Source: Carcharhinus amblyrhynchos
Lineage: Eukaryota
Length of the DNA: 64,000 bases
Assembly: GCA_965287045.1 (NCBI GenBank)
Contig: OZ336874.1
Coordinates: 37,634,001-37,698,000 of the forward strand
Direction of reading: 5' to 3'
Below are positions 27,339-40,972 of the stretch, in pieces. Below the pieces are notes generated by a model that ran no database searches, was not told the DNA's origin, and worked only from the letters and a program-made list of their open reading frames with translations. Position 1 is the first letter of the stretch, and each line of letters starts with the position of its first letter. Made by a program: the position numbers and the translations under genes.

Positions 27339-27396
27339 AACAGTTGTTGATTGTCTCCATTGGTATTGTCACCTATGTGATGTTAAACTAAATCTT

Positions 27397-28420
27397 GGGG
27401 TGGAATTCCAAAAAACTCTAAATGTCGAATTTGCATTTTTTAGTGGGATTTTCAAAATGAATCTCCCACATTATGCAATGCAGAGTGCCCTGATATAATT
27501 TTTGCAAAAAACCAATGGGTATGGCCTATTCCTGCGGGAGTGATCAGCGGTATAGCACTGAGCGGGCCACTGCGCATGCACCGAACTGTCAGTGCTGAGA
27601 TCTGCACATGAGCAGTGGCCCTGCATTGCTGGTCTCCCGATTGCTGGCCAGCCCCACAACCCCACATCACTGGCTGAGTGACACCGCCATGGCCTGATTG
27701 CTGGCCCCTCCAAAAATGTCCATGCTAGCCTTGACCACTCCCTCCTGCCCCCACGCTGGCCCATCCCGATCTCCTGATGCCCCCGCCTCCCCACCGCTGG
27801 CAGCCCCGATACCCCTCACTCCCTCCTGCAGTTCCGACTCCCTCTCACCCCAGGCAGACCAACTACCAGCCCCCCACATCCCAATGCCTAGCCCTGATCG
27901 CTGGCCTTCCCCCCTCTGCTAGCGATCCCCATGCAGAATGGTAGCGGCACTCCCCCCACATCCCCACCAATCTCCCTTCAATGGCCCCACCCACCATTAT
28001 GCCCCACTCCATTATGTCCTGCCTTCTTGGCACTGCCAGACTGGCATCTCCTTCCCCCCCTAACACTCTGGGGGGCCTCAATGGCCCTTCTTCAATCCAG
28101 CTGCATCGGGCTCACCTGCAAAGTGGGGAGCTACTGTAAACCCCTTGGAATGAAAAATGCTTAGCAGTGGGATGGGGGGAAGGTAATCTAGCAGGCCTGG
28201 AGATTTCAATCCTGGGCCTGATAATTTGTCGCAAATAATATTAAAATGAGGATGATCATAATTTGTTCAGTATCGCGCTGATTTCTAGCGCAGAGCTGAC
28301 GGCACAGGAAATTTGGCTGCTGGAGATTCGCAGAGGCCATGTCGCCCAGCGTGAAGCCCACAAAATGGCCTTGAGTCTTGTGGCTTGCTGAGCTACAAAA
28401 ACAGCACAGGAGAATTGCCC
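27397..28420. mobile_element. Non-autonomous PIF/Harbinger-type element
   Basis: GGGGTGGAATTCC...GGAGAATTGCCC ends; subterminal sequence shared with 30612 and 35470. Confidence 0.65.
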
Positions 28421-28499
28421 AGTTGAGTTTTTCGATTTGATTGCACGTATTATACAATGAAGTTAGTGTTGGAAGGGTGCACAAAGGCACTGGCTTTGC

Positions 28500-29400
28500 A
28501 ACGTGCTTGCTTATCCTGTTGGGAACTGAGTCTTCTCTAATGTTGAGATTGCTTGATGACAGAGACTTCTCCATTTGGAACTGTCCAGAGTTGTTTCCCC
28601 ACCCCCCCCACCCAGTGTAATGGGGTTCACCTTACAGATTCTGAGAACATATTGATTTGGGATGTCCTCTGCATCATAGGGTTGCCATGCTCATGTGGCT
28701 GTAGAATACCAGCTTTGCTATGCAGGAGTCCTCCATATGATCCACATGGCTGACTCAGCGAAGCAAAGTTCTGATGAGCATGCTCGAAGTACAAGGTGCC
28801 CAGCACCTTGCAAGAAGTTTGGTGGGGAGGAATTTTCCAGCCACCTGATGACACAGATAGAACTTTAAAACAGCAAAGTAGAATGCATCTATTTGATTTA
28901 TGTGATGGCAGTAGGTTCGCAGCTATAGAAAAGTGATGTGAAAACCACTGCCTGATAAAGTTTGATCCCTTGTTTTCAGACAAATTCCATGCTCGCTCTA
29001 TAGCCTGTGTACGAGCCTGGTGAATGTTGAGCTTGCTTTTGTCAGACAATGGTTAATTTCATCTTCCAACATGATTGTTGGGGATGATGCTCCCAAGATA
29101 ATAGAACTTGTGAACTGAGTTGAGGGATGTAATGTTGATTGTGACTAGGGTCATGGAATTTGTGACCAGGGACAGGCTGGTACCTTTTTCTATCTTTCAG
29201 ACTATCATGAGACTTATTGAAATACTCAGCCTTTTGGCTAAGATGCAAATGAGATCAAGCCTTGTAGGAGGAGCTATGCCTACTCCAATCAGCTTGGATC
29301 ATGTAGATCAAGCCCAAGACAGGAGGTGAGAGTCCTGTCTTGTCAGCTTGGATCGGGAATGTCTCAACTTGTTGGGACTCTGAATTGGACTTGATTGGAT
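28500..29400 (-). mobile_element. Ancient RTE-clade LINE relic
   Basis: Minus strand near 28640-28765 reads LR*VSHVDHMEDSCIAKLVFY...RGHPK, matching the RTE LRWxGHVxRM..R.PK..GRP motif; extent uncertain. Confidence 0.5.
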
Positions 29401-30332
29401 TGAATTGAGATAAAAACATTGGCCAGAAGTTGGCTTGTCGCCAACAGGAGTGTGGCGTGAACGGGTGGTAAGATTGCACCCATTATCTGCACTGATAGAA
29501 AGTAGAGTTACAGATATGCAGTGAATATGTGAAAAGTATCAAATTTCACATACGACTCTCTGTACAGTTGATAATAGCAATAGGAGGGCATGGGCTCAAA
29601 GCTTTGTCATACTACTCCAGTACGTTGGGTCACTGCACTGCGTGAATGAATGTATCTATTTCCTATCTTTGTTTAGTGTGCTTGTAGAGCTCTATTTTCT
29701 GATTTTAAAAAATGGCATCATTTGGGACCCCAGTTTTATGCTTCAATGAAGACATTATGGATGCTGTGAATATCTAACTATGGATATAGAGTCATTTGAT
29801 ACAGCTGCAGCTCTTATTGTGCACAGATAACTACTCAATCAGAAGAATAGGGACCAATAAATTTTATTGCTGTGGCAGCAGCCATCTGCTCCCACAGTAT
29901 GAAGAGACTTAAAAGTGAATGGGTTTTAAATTGCTGTGATTTATTCATCTGAATGGTTCCATATAAGGAGGTCTCTGAAATCTCATGCTGAAATCCATTG
30001 AGTTGATATTTTATTGAAATAGCGAGCATGTGCTTTTGCTAAAATTATCAGTAGGAGGAATTATATCTCACTTGTGGTAGCTTATATCTGTTGCAAGTCT
30101 TATTGATTTGGGGATTTTGAACAGAAGGGAGGCTGATGGCAAGTTTGTGTTTGAGGCACACATCAAACAATATATAAATGCTCATTTTTCTTTTGAATAT
30201 GTTTCTGGATTTTACATGTTAAAAAATGTAATTCATCTGTAATGTCCTTGAATAAAGTTGATAATCAAGTATTGCTGCCATAAGACAGACCAAAAATAGA
30301 AACTGGAATTGCACAAAAACCTTGGGGGCGAT

Positions 30333-30611
30333 AATCAGAGAATCCCTACAGTACCGAAGGAGACCATTGGCCCATCGAGTCTGTACTGACCACAATCCCA
30401 CCCAGGCCCTATTCCCGTAGCCCCACACATTTACCCTGCTAATCCCCCTTACAGTAGGGTCAATTTAGCATAGTCAATCAACCTAACCCATGCATCTTTG
30501 GACTGTGGGAGGAAACCAGAGCACCTGGAGGAAACCCACACAGACAAGGGGAGAATGTGCAAACTCCATACAGACAGCGACCCAGGGATGGAATTGAACC
30601 TGAGTCCCTGG
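30333..30611 (-). mobile_element. V-SINE (5'-truncated) inserted in the Harbinger left TIR
   Basis: V-domain and B box present, A box missing. Confidence 0.85.
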
Positions 30612-31298
30612 CCCCAAAAAATTCTAAGTGTCGAATTAATGTAAAAACGGGAGTAAATCGTGCTTTTTCTCCGTTGGGAGTTTCAAACTGAGTCTCCTAC
30701 ACTCTGTGCACTGCAGATGGCGATAGTGTGAATCATGTGAAAAATCCAGGGGTGGGGTCTATTCCCACTGAAGAGGCTGAAATCAGCACGCTGAGCAGCC
30801 CCTGCACACGCGTACATCTCTGGGCATCACTCAACAAGTTCTCCCAGCGTTGAGATCACTGGCCTCATCCCCCACAGACATTGTTGGCCTCATTGCTGGC
30901 CTCTCATTCCCCCTTGGCCTGGACATTGCTGGCCTCCCCACCTCACTGACCTCGACATCGCCGGCCTCCACTTGCCCCCCACTCCGTGCCACCTCACACA
31001 CAGTGTGCTGTGCTGCCTTGCACACCCTCTGCCTACGAGCATTGCCCCTTGTTGAGTGAGAGCCTTGAGCACTACACCGCCTCCTCCTCTGGCCACGGTA
31101 CCTTGTTGTGTTAACCCAGTCAGCACCTTTGGAGTTGGCTCATCCTTTATTGAAACCAAATTGCCTCTACATTATTCACAATGAAATTTAACTAATAGGC
31201 CCATGACTGACCCAAACTGACTGCACCTGAACTCCCTTAATAAGCCAGAGCTGTATATAAGCTGCAATTATGGACACACAGGCAGTCATGCCAGGAAG

Positions 31299-32700
31299 AT
31301 GGCCCCAAGAAATGTGGTCCCAGATTTTCTGGAAGTGAGCAGGTCCACCTGCTGGACGTGGTGAAGGAGAGCCAAGGGGTTGCACAATGATAGTGTTATG
31401 GGAGGCAGTTGCAGCTGCTGTGAATACCAGGACTCTGACCCCTCAGTCCAGAAAACAGTATCACAAGAAAATGAATGACTTTCTTTGGGCGGCAAGGGTG
31501 AGTGTGCATCTTATTCTGAAATCTGTACATGTGCTGCCCTTACAATGTCAAGCCACCCCCAGGCACCTCAAGGACAGCCCCTCCTCTCCCCCTCAGTACT
31601 GCCTCCAACCCCTGAGGCACCCTCCAGTTAGCGCCCCCAGTGTGGACCCACTTCCCCAACCCCGACACACATTGCACTCCATGCCCTTCCATACATCATG
31701 CTTCCAATCCCCATAATGTCCCCACAACTGGCGTGAAAGGGAAAATACTGGTGGGGGTGTTCCTGAGCTGTGGCCATTGACCGTCTGTGAGCAGTGTGCC
31801 CTGGAGTTGGCAGGGGGGACACGCCTAGAACGATAACCGACAGCCAGGTCAGCGTCTGGCGTACAAGTGAGCACCAGCTGAATCCTATTCCTAAGGTCTT
31901 CTTTGAAGCGAGTGCCACGCTGCGAGGGCTGTTTTCCCTGCCTCTCATTAACGTTTCCCTTTCTTTCAAGGGATGATTCTGATGCTCCAGGCCCTTCTGG
32001 TGTCCCCCCCTCCACCACTGCTCCTGAACCAACTCCTCTGGACACCACGGGCAACACCTCGGAGAGAGGCCCTGAAGAATCCTCCAAGGAATAGGCACAG
32101 GCATCAACCACACAACCACCAACACTGAGACTATCACCACAGTGGGTCATGTTAGTGCTGAGGCTTCTGGGTCACTTACTGGTGAGCACATCACAGCTGC
32201 TGATGCACATCAGTTGGAGGTGGGCACATTCGAGGGCTCAGGCACACAGAACTCTGACAGAGGTGAGGAGTCAGCTGACCCAAGCCAGATGCTGGGTCTC
32301 AAGGATGGTTCATCCTGAAGCTAGTGGAGCTGCATCAGTAAACCCAGGGAGCTGTGGAAGGGTTGTCAGCAACCATGCTGCAACTGCAAGGCTGTTTAGA
32401 GGAGACAGGCAGAGTACTGTCACAGGAGGTGTTGCCAGCACAGTTTGGGAACCAGGCCAACACTGCAAGGGTGGTGTCCGCATTGGAAAATCTAGTTCAG
32501 GGATTTGGCCACATAGCTTACAGGGTCCGGGCCATCTTGGAGACATTGGGCCATGGCAGAGACCCAGCAGGCCAAGGGTGCCATCGGCATCCAGGAAGTA
32601 CATTGGCCATGGGTGTCAGAGCATGTTGGAGACACTGCACAAAGCTATCGTGAGAGTATGCGGGTTGGTGTGCGGGCGTTGCCATTGAGTTCCCTTGAGC
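31299..32700 (+). pseudogene. Harbinger Myb/SANT-like DNA-binding protein gene, degraded
   Basis: PRFSGSEQVHLLDVV...WEAVAAAVN...QYHKKMNDFLWAAR then gtgagt donor at 31498; HNWRERENTGGGVPEL..LT.CEQ.ALELAG near 31723; coiled-coil-like ORF 32354-32653; frameshifts; TATATAA at 31254. Confidence 0.75.
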
Positions 32701-33469
32701 CATTGCCATGAGTGCAATGACAGCGTTCCCTTCCAGGCATGTGTTGTAGGTCAGGGACAAACTTTTTTATCACAAGATGGGTTCCCCTTCACTGCAGAGT
32801 ACATGCAGTATGAGTGTGTATGTCAACCTGAGCACCCTGCTTGGAGCACCAGCGGTCTGATTGGTGAGCCCTTGAGCAGCACATGGTGCCTTCCCTCCCC
32901 TTCTCCCTAAAACCCCAGCACTCAATCCAGTCCCTCACCACACCCCACAGCCGGAATAATGGAACAGCCCAGTGGCTGCAGACAGCAGCCTGACCAGCAC
33001 TCAATAAAGAAGCCCACTCCACCACACAGAGACAACATGGAATATCCCTGGGCCTGGAGACAGCACTTCCAGCTCTCCCGGAATTTCCCCACACCAAGCC
33101 GAATTGTTCCTGGCTCTGTCTCCAACCTTTCCTGTACTCCGGGGGTATCAGCCCCATAAAACTTCGCTCCTTATTCCTTCTCAACACTGTCATGCCAGGT
33201 CCCAACTTTATAGAGCTGTGGTAAACCCCGCCAGCGTGACGTCATGCCAGAGAGGGGGGAGATGCTTGCTGCGGTGCAGTTTCTAGTCATGGACCCACTA
33301 ATAGCACGCTAAAATATGTGAACTAATGCAAACGGCCGTTACGCTGATTTTCAGCGTGGATCGATCGGTGCGAGAAGCCTTAAGTCTGGAGATGCACGGA
33401 GGCCAGGGCGCCCAGCACAAATCTCGTGAATCAGCCTTTCTGGTGTTTCCTGGTCTGCTGCGCTAGAAA

Positions 33470-34338
33470 AGGGATATAGATAGTCTAAGTGAGTGGGCGA
33501 GGGTCTGGCAGATGAAGTACAATGTTGGTAAATGTGAGATCATCTATTTTGGTAGGAATAAGAGTAAAATGGACTGTTATTTAAAAGGTAAAAAATTGCA
33601 GCATGCTGCTGTGCAGAGGGACCTGGGTGTTCTTGTGCAGGAATCTCAAGGAGTTGGTTTGCAGATACAGCAGGTAATTAAGAAGGCAAATAGAGGTTTG
33701 TCCTTCATTGCTAGAAGGATGGAGTTTAAAAACAGCAAGATTATGTTGCAGCTGTATAAGGTGCTGGTGATGCCACACCTGGAGTACTGTGTACAGTTTT
33801 GGTCTCCTCACTTGAGAAAGGTTATACTGGCACTGGAGGCGATGCACAGGAGATTCACTAGGTTGATTCTGGAGTTGAGAGGGATGGCTTATGAGGAGAG
33901 ATTGAGTAGACTGGTGCTATACTCACTGGAATTCAGAAGAATGAGGGAAAATCTTATAGAAACATATAAGATTATGAAGGGAGTAGATAAGATAGAAGCA
34001 GGGAAGTTGTTTCCACTGGCAGGTGAAACTAGAACTAGGGGGCATGGCCTCAAAAGAAGGAGAAGCAGATTTAGGACTGAGTTGAGGAGGAACTTCTTCA
34101 CACAAAGGGTTGTGAATCTGTGGAATTCCCTGTCCAGTGAAGCAGTTGAGGCTACCTCATTGAATGTTTTTAAGGCAAGGATAGATAAATTTTTGAACAG
34201 TAAAGGAATTAAGGGTTATGGTGAGCAGGCGGCTAAGTGGAGCTGAATCCACACAAAGATCAGCCATGATCTTATTGAATGGCAGAACAGGCTCAAGGGG
34301 CCAGCTGGCCTACTCCTGCTCCTGGTTCTTATGCTCTT
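33470..34338 (+). mobile_element. CR1 LINE 3' fragment with open ORF2 C-terminus
   Basis: 244-aa ORF 33512-34246 (QRDLGV, LEYCVQFWSP, RRNFFTQRVVNLWNSL) plus tail TTCTTATG. Confidence 0.93.
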
Positions 34339-35469
34339 AAAAGCAGCACAGCAGGATGGGAGAATCACCCCATTTTGTGTTAAAATGAATATTGTTTCAA
34401 GATTTATTCCCTGGACTCCTGTTTTGTTCTCAGAATACAGTTCAGTGTGGAAAAGAATTCGGCACCCTATCCCAATAAGGTTCTGTTCAATCCAAGACAT
34501 AACTAACCGTAGATGTAATCAGACAAATCAGCTTTGTACTGAAGTCATAGTGAGACTAGCTGTTGCTACAGTAGATGTTAGCTATGTTTTTTCTGAAGTT
34601 GTCTTAGATTGATTTATCTGCACCTGACACATTTATCTCCCAAATAGAGAAGAATGAGTTTTGTATTTGTCACAGTGCACATTACTTATCTGATTGGGTG
34701 CATGGATGCCTTTGTGTTTGCCATCTTAATTAGGGCTCTCAGTCAAAGGAAAATTTTAATGTATGATGCCAGTCACCGTAGCAGTGTTAATTTCAAATTC
34801 TTTCACAAATACAACCATCAAAGAACAAATGATTAAATGAATAGTTGAAGTGAAAATGAAAGAGAAACAAGAGAACATCTAATACAGAAATGACATACAG
34901 GGACAAGTAAGTAGCATAAAATGGAAACTCCAGGAGGAAAAAGGAAGCTGATTGCAAGAAAGAGTAAAAGCAAAGGATCACGTGGAGACAGGGCTGAATT
35001 GTATTTTGTTTAAAGGATATTGTAACAGATGGCAAAATTAGGCTATGCTTCATGTTGTATTTAATAAATAGTTGGATCAAATTCTAATGACGTTGGCAAG
35101 TGCAATATCTTTTTAGAGTTTTGCAATTTTCTTTCCTCATCTGCTTCTAAAAGATGGTTTCTCAGCACCCTGTAACCTCCACAATGTATTTAAGCACCCA
35201 TCACTAATGTCTGGAATTTCACAGAGAGAGTGCCAGCAGATTATTTGACTTGAGGAGGAATCAAAGCTAGAATCATAGAATCATAGCTGTACTTGAATGT
35301 TTACTCATCTCATGTACCCAACTCCCTGCTATATATTGCACCAGTATTATTGTCACAGTTAACATAAAATAACTTGGCCTAGACCGTCAATCAAAACCTA
35401 AGGTCTTCTTTGACCATGGGGAGAATTTAACTTCCTTCACCATGTTTGGGAGAGAGTTTGCAAATATAG

Positions 35470-35757
35470 GAACAGCCCGAGTGAGGGCGCAGTGGGGCCT
35501 GAAAAGAGTCATTCAGCATTAGGGCCTGAAGCATGTTTTGGGTATGGGGGGGACCACCCCCAAAGAGCAGTGGCTATGCTGCCGGCCTCTCCAGTGGGAA
35601 TAGGCCCCAACTACTGATTTTCAGAGTGAATCATGCTAGGGCACGCTACAGTGCTCAGAGTGTGGGAGATTCATGCTGGAAAATCATACTAGAAAACCAG
35701 CGGGACTAGTTCTCATGTGAATTTGACACTTAGAATTTATTTGGGAGAATCGCCCCC
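35470..35757 (-). mobile_element. Harbinger-family terminal fragment
   Basis: Ends GACACTTAGAATTTATTTGGGAGAATCGCCCCC-TAA, the reverse complement of the left end at 30325/30612; TAA flank fits Harbinger. Confidence 0.65.
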
Positions 35758-35759
35758 TA

Positions 35760-36335
35760 AAAATAGTGGGACAACCTCTATGCCTGTATCCAATAGCAAT
35801 CAGTCAGTTCAGCTACTCTTCATGGTGATTGAAGGACAGAGGCCCAGTCCCATGGTACAGGACTGGTTAAAACAAATAAAACTGAACTGGCTGGAAATAT
35901 TTAATAGCCAATGTAGAGCTATGCAAATACCAGGAGGTATTCCAGAGAGAATTGGATCGAATAAGAGGAATTAAAGCTAAAATTTACCTTAACCCTAAGG
36001 CTACATGCAGGTTTATCCGAGCTTGTCCCTACATTATACCAGAAAGTAGAGGTAGAACTAAAAATGTTGGAAGATCTAGGCATCATCAAACCTGTGCAGT
36101 TTTCCAAATGGGCCACACCCATTGTCCCCATCCTGAAACCAAACTGTACTGTTAGGATCTGTTGAACTACAAACTAACAGTAAACAGGGGAACTCAGCTG
36201 GATCATTACCCCATTCCCAGGTTAGAGGACCTCTTTGATAAGTTAGCAGAGGTCCTCAAATATACCAAATTAGATCTAAGTCACGTTTATCAACAGCTGG
36301 AACGGGAAGAAGATTCCAGGAAGTTAGTCACAATT
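35760..36335 (+). mobile_element. Ty3/Gypsy pol fragment (end of protease to start of RT)
   Basis: DWLKQIKLNW, WATPIVPILK, YKLTVN..QLDHYPIPRLEDLFDKLA..YTKLDLSHVYQQL. Confidence 0.88.
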
Positions 36336-36671
36336 GCATTTGCTTTGAGGACTAGTTTCTTCTCATTGAATACACCTTCTTGTTTTTTATCTGCCAAGGT
36401 GAGTCACCTCACTACAGCTACAATGCAAATTACAGGCATGTATAAAACATGACTAAATGGGCCTGGATCCTAAATGTAAATCGCAAGGGTGATGCACAGT
36501 GAATCCCAATTTATGAAAGCTGCTCTTCCAGTATCATAACTGTCATACAGAAATGCCTTTAGTATTATTCTCTCAGCATTTTCTCCAACTGTGTTTAGCT
36601 AATTATACATTATTGGCATTTTCTTATACACTCTTGTTGGACAGTGAATGACACAGCTTGAAGCCAGATTA

Positions 36672-37078
36672 GAAAACAAGACTTGTATTTATATAGCACC
36701 TTTCATGACTTCAGAATGCCCTAAAGTGTTTCACAGACAATGAGGTGTATCTGAAGGGTATTAATTGTTGTAGTTTTTATACAGCATGGCCTCCCAAGCA
36801 GCAAGGAGGTAAATGGACAATAATCTGTTTTTTAAGTGGTGTTGGTTGAAGGATTAATGATGGCCAAGAGTATTATGATGTTTGGCAACTTCATGTCCGT
36901 TTGAAAAGGCAGGCCAAAGCACATTAATGTTTCATCCAAGATCTGGCACTCCAACTGTGCAACAGTCTCGCAATATTGCACTGGAGCATTAGCCTACGTT
37001 CGGAGCTGAACTCCCTTGAGGTTTGAATCCACTGTCTGTGACTCAAAGACAAGAATGTCTCACTCAATCATGGCAGCT
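36672..37078 (-). mobile_element. Deu-domain SINE (SacSINE1/AmnSINE-like)
   Basis: GACTTGTATTTATATAGCACCTTTCATGAC tail, GGCACTCCAACTGTGCAACA..ATTGCACTGGAG core and tRNA-like head; fragments also near 11085, 17750 and 58200. Confidence 0.7.
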
Positions 37079-37184
37079 CATGTAAAAACAATTAACACCG
37101 CAAACAATATTTTATTTTAAAATTTCATTTTAAAATCATCTTTTGACCTAATTTTACCAGCATAATCATTTTGTGCAGGTACGC

Positions 37185-37808
37185 CAAGTAATGAGGAAAG
37201 TTGATAGAATATTATTGTTTATTCTGAGGGGAATTGATCACAGCAGTTATGCTTCTGTTGTATAGGGCACTGGTGACACCACATCTGGAACACTGTGTAT
37301 AGTATTGGTCTCCTTATTTAAGGAAAGACGTAAATGCATCAGAAGCAGGTCGGAGGAGGTTTACTAGACTAATACCACGAATGCCTCATGAGGAAAGGTT
37401 GGATAGGTTAGGCTTGTATCCATTTGAGTTTAGAGTACAAGATGACTTGATTGAAACCTTAAAGATCTTGAGGGGTCTTGACAGGATGGATGTGGAGAGG
37501 GTGTTTCCTCTTGTGGGAGAATCTGAAACTGTTTGAAAATAAGAGGTCGCTCATTTAAGACAGAGGTGATTTTTTTTCTCGAGGGTTGTGAGTCTTTGGA
37601 ACTCCCTTCTTCAAAAATTGGTGCAAGCAGAGTCTTTGAATATTTTGAAGGTAGAACTAGATAGAGTCTTGAATAACAAAGGGGTGAAAGGTTATGAGGG
37701 GTAGGCAGGAATGTGGAGTGGATCAGTTCAGACATGATCTTATTAAATGGTGGACCAGGCTCGAAGGGCCAAACAGCCTTCTCCTACTCCTTGTTCCTAT
37801 GTTCCTTT
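37185..37808 (+). mobile_element. CR1 LINE 3' relic
   Basis: LYRALVTPHLEHCV.YWSP, RRFTRLIP motifs and tail. Confidence 0.85.
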
Positions 37809-39156
37809 CACGGCATTTTAACTTTATTTTGTTGAACTACTGCTGATTTTAATTTTAACAGAATGTTTCCCAAATACTAATTAATTTCCATTAAAGATGT
37901 AAAGAAAATGTGAACTAAGAACAATACAACATTTGAAAAGAAGGAATATAGGTTAATGTTTTATATTGGAGCCAGTGCTTTCATTTCCTTCTTTCTCTTG
38001 GTTTGAAACCCCTCACTTGTCTCTGTTTTTCAGTTCTGTTAACAGAATGGTCATTTCTGAAATTGCACTCCTGATGAGAAGCATCATATGTAAGCTTCAT
38101 ATGAAAAACCTAAGCCCACAATCCCCATGCTTTCCTGCTAATTTAAATTTTAAAACTTTAACTCATGTTTTCTCTTCTTAGATACTAACACATTGAATAT
38201 ATTGATGTACTTGTTGTCTATTTCTTTAACAAACATTGGCACTGTAAAAACTGCATTTTATTTAAAATTGGACATGGATGGTCCTTCTTTTCGAGATCTT
38301 GAGATCAATCAGTAGATGCAAAATGTTCTTTAATAAAACTCTAAAGTCAATTAATGTCACAAATAGAACTGATTCAATTAAACTTCTGAGTGCTGCATCT
38401 AGAAAACTTACGTGAAAAGTATTATTTTCAGGCTTTATTATGTCTCTGGCCTTATTATGAAATCAAATATGCTATAGTTATCTAAACCATTCTTGGTATG
38501 TTAATTATACTTTGATAATACCTTAGCTGAGATGGTGAAACCAACCAATTTTTTATGAAATCTGTGCCTCTTGTGCTGTAGTTTGGTAACTGAATAAGCC
38601 AAATTTGTACTTTTGTTATACCATGTTAATCAATTCTTAAAGTTCTAAATATGTTACTTCACACAGCTTTTCCTGGATGTGAGATAAGGATGTCAATCAA
38701 CTTGTACTCTGATAATCGCAAGCCTCCCCAGATTTGTTGTTAAGGTTTGACGTCATCTGGTGCTCTTGATTAAATTATAGCTTTGTAATTCACTCCCAGT
38801 TTTTGCTTCTATATGTGCTGATGAGCCCAACAGCGTGCCAAAATTAAATAAACATCGCTTCCCATTTGTTTCAAAGAAGAGCAGGGATGTTTTGAATCTC
38901 ACATGCTTGTCTGTATGCTGTTTCTCAAACTGTCAACATGGACCCTTGAATCCAGAGGAGTAATTAAGAGAACTTGACTTGACGGTGACTTTTTTTTCCA
39001 AGAGAAGTAATTGAATGAGAGAGGAAGCCGTTATTAAAATGCCTGAAGTATACTGTTTCTAAGCTGTCTTTGTACACAAACTGATGATGTACTCCAAACC
39101 AACAAATAATTGCTGCTTGTAACCAGCCAAAATCCTGTCAATTTTCTGCCTTGCAG

Positions 39157-39298
39157 GTATAGGATCGGTTTATTTTCATGCAACATTGAGCTTCCTGGGT
39201 CAGATGTTAGATGAACTAGCAATCCTTTGGGTTCTAATGTGTGCCCTGGCGATGTGGTTCCCAAGACGATATTTGCCACGGATTTTTCAACGAGACAG
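39157..39298 (+). CDS. acer2: ACER2 coding exon 3
   Basis: (G)[46 protein letters not shown](R), containing the CREST SxxxH motif; ttgcag acceptor, gtaagg donor; 142 nt. Confidence 0.97.
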
Positions 39299-39521
39299 GT
39301 AAGGCTGGACACACAAATGTCAAATAACGTAGTTGATATAGTCAGCTAATTATGCCTTACATTGTGGTTAGGATATATTTCTTTATACAAAAGCAAAATA
39401 ACTGGGTACTGGAAACTTGAAACAAAAACAGAAAATGCTGGTCTGTCAGCATTTGTGGAGAGAGGGACAGAGTTAACATTTCAGGCCTGTAATCTCTATC
39501 TGGTTTGATAAAATACACTTT

Positions 39522-39657
39522 ATGTGGAATCTTACTACTCTTCACACTGGTGGGATTTTCCCTTCCCGCCGCAGTGAATGGAGATTTGACTGGCTGCCCA
39601 ATTCTCCGACTTCGCTGCAGTGGGAGCGTATCACGAACGGCAGGTAAGATCACACCC
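39522..39657. mobile_element. Small MITE
   Basis: TGTGGAATCTTAC...GTAAGATCACA terminal inverted repeats around a GC-rich core. Confidence 0.5.
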
Positions 39658-40694
39658 TGTGTTATAACATAACATGAAAAATTGTCAATTATTGTACACA
39701 ACATTTGTTCATAAATACCATCTGTACTAGGATCTCCTTTTAACTTCAGCATTTTATAATGACATAGCTTTTGAAAAATTGTTTTGCTCATCTATTTTGT
39801 ACAATTCACATAAATACATAATAGGGAACATCAGTCACTTGAAGTTTTCCTGTTGCCTCCAATCTGCCTTATGTACATCAGATCTGTAAACAAACTAGAA
39901 GTGGCTCACAGATAATCCTTAATCAAAAACTTGCCAGGAAGGGAGTGGCTGCCTCTCTATTGGCACAGGGCCAGGAGTGTACATTTCTGTAAGATTGGGG
40001 CCAGTCTTTTCACACAGTGTTTCTCTTGACTTCTCAGCAATCTTGGCACAAACAAAACGGCTGAATAAACTGAGGTCAACTTTGGACCAGAAGTGTTACA
40101 ACAGCCCAAAACTATCAAGTGCTTGATGTTTATGAGGATGGAATGCAAGAACAAAGAGATTATGATGAAAGCCTTAATCACAGCTGGAAGCCGCTCTGTC
40201 TATAATGTTTGTGCTAGAGCAATCCAACAGTAATCCCATACCTGGGCGGAATCATGTTCAGACATCTGGAGTCTCACTGGCTAGAGGGCTGGTATGAGAC
40301 CCATACAGTCTCTTTTTGGGAAGGCCCACTGAACCACAAGCCAATCAGGCAGTGGCGAGGTCACTGGCAAACCTTTCCCTTCAGTCAAGACCCCAAGGGC
40401 AAAAATCACACCTACTGAGAACTGGCCAATCAGAGACCAGCACCACAGTGGCACCATGTGGGTGGCTGTTGCAGGCAAAACACCCACCAGAGTCCCAGGA
40501 TTGTGAAGCAACCTGGGCCAGAGATAAATAATGAGGGGGTTGGGTTTTCTGGGGTGGGGAGGTGCGGGTCACAGGAAGAGGGATATGGGGAGGGTGTCGG
40601 CAGCAAAGACAGAGTGTGGCCCTCAGCAGAAATGTCCATCAACCAGGCACTGTGTCTTTACTGGGTTAATACCAGCAGCAGATGAGGCCCTTAA

Positions 40695-40972
40695 CGGCAG
40701 CACAGTGGGGTTAGCACTGTTGCTTCACAGTGCTCGGGACCCGGGTTCAATTCCCGGCTTGGGTCACTGTCTGTGTGGAGTTTGCACGTTCTCCCTGTGT
40801 CTACATGGGTTTCCTCCGAGTGCTCCTATTTCCTCCCGCATTCTGAAAGACGTGCTGGTTCGGTGTATTGATCCGAACAGGCGCCAGACTGTGGCGACTA
40901 GGGGAATTTCATAGTAACTTCATTGCAGTGTTAATGTAAGCCTTACTTGTGACTAATGAATACACTTTATTT
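40695..40972 (+). mobile_element. V-SINE with alternative 3' tail, nested in a GC-rich MITE-like element (~40243-41157)
   Basis: tRNA head and V-domain, then GTGGCGACTAGGGGAATTTCATAGTAACTTCATTGCAGTGTTAATGTAAGCC tail. Confidence 0.8.

Larger units (their letters stand above)
30325..34371. mobile_element. PIF/Harbinger transposon relic with nested SINE and CR1
   Basis: Left TIR GGGGCGAT[SINE]CCCCAAAAAATTCTAAGTGTCGAATT; right TIR GGGAGAATCACCCC at 34358-34371; internal Myb/SANT pseudogene. Confidence 0.75.
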
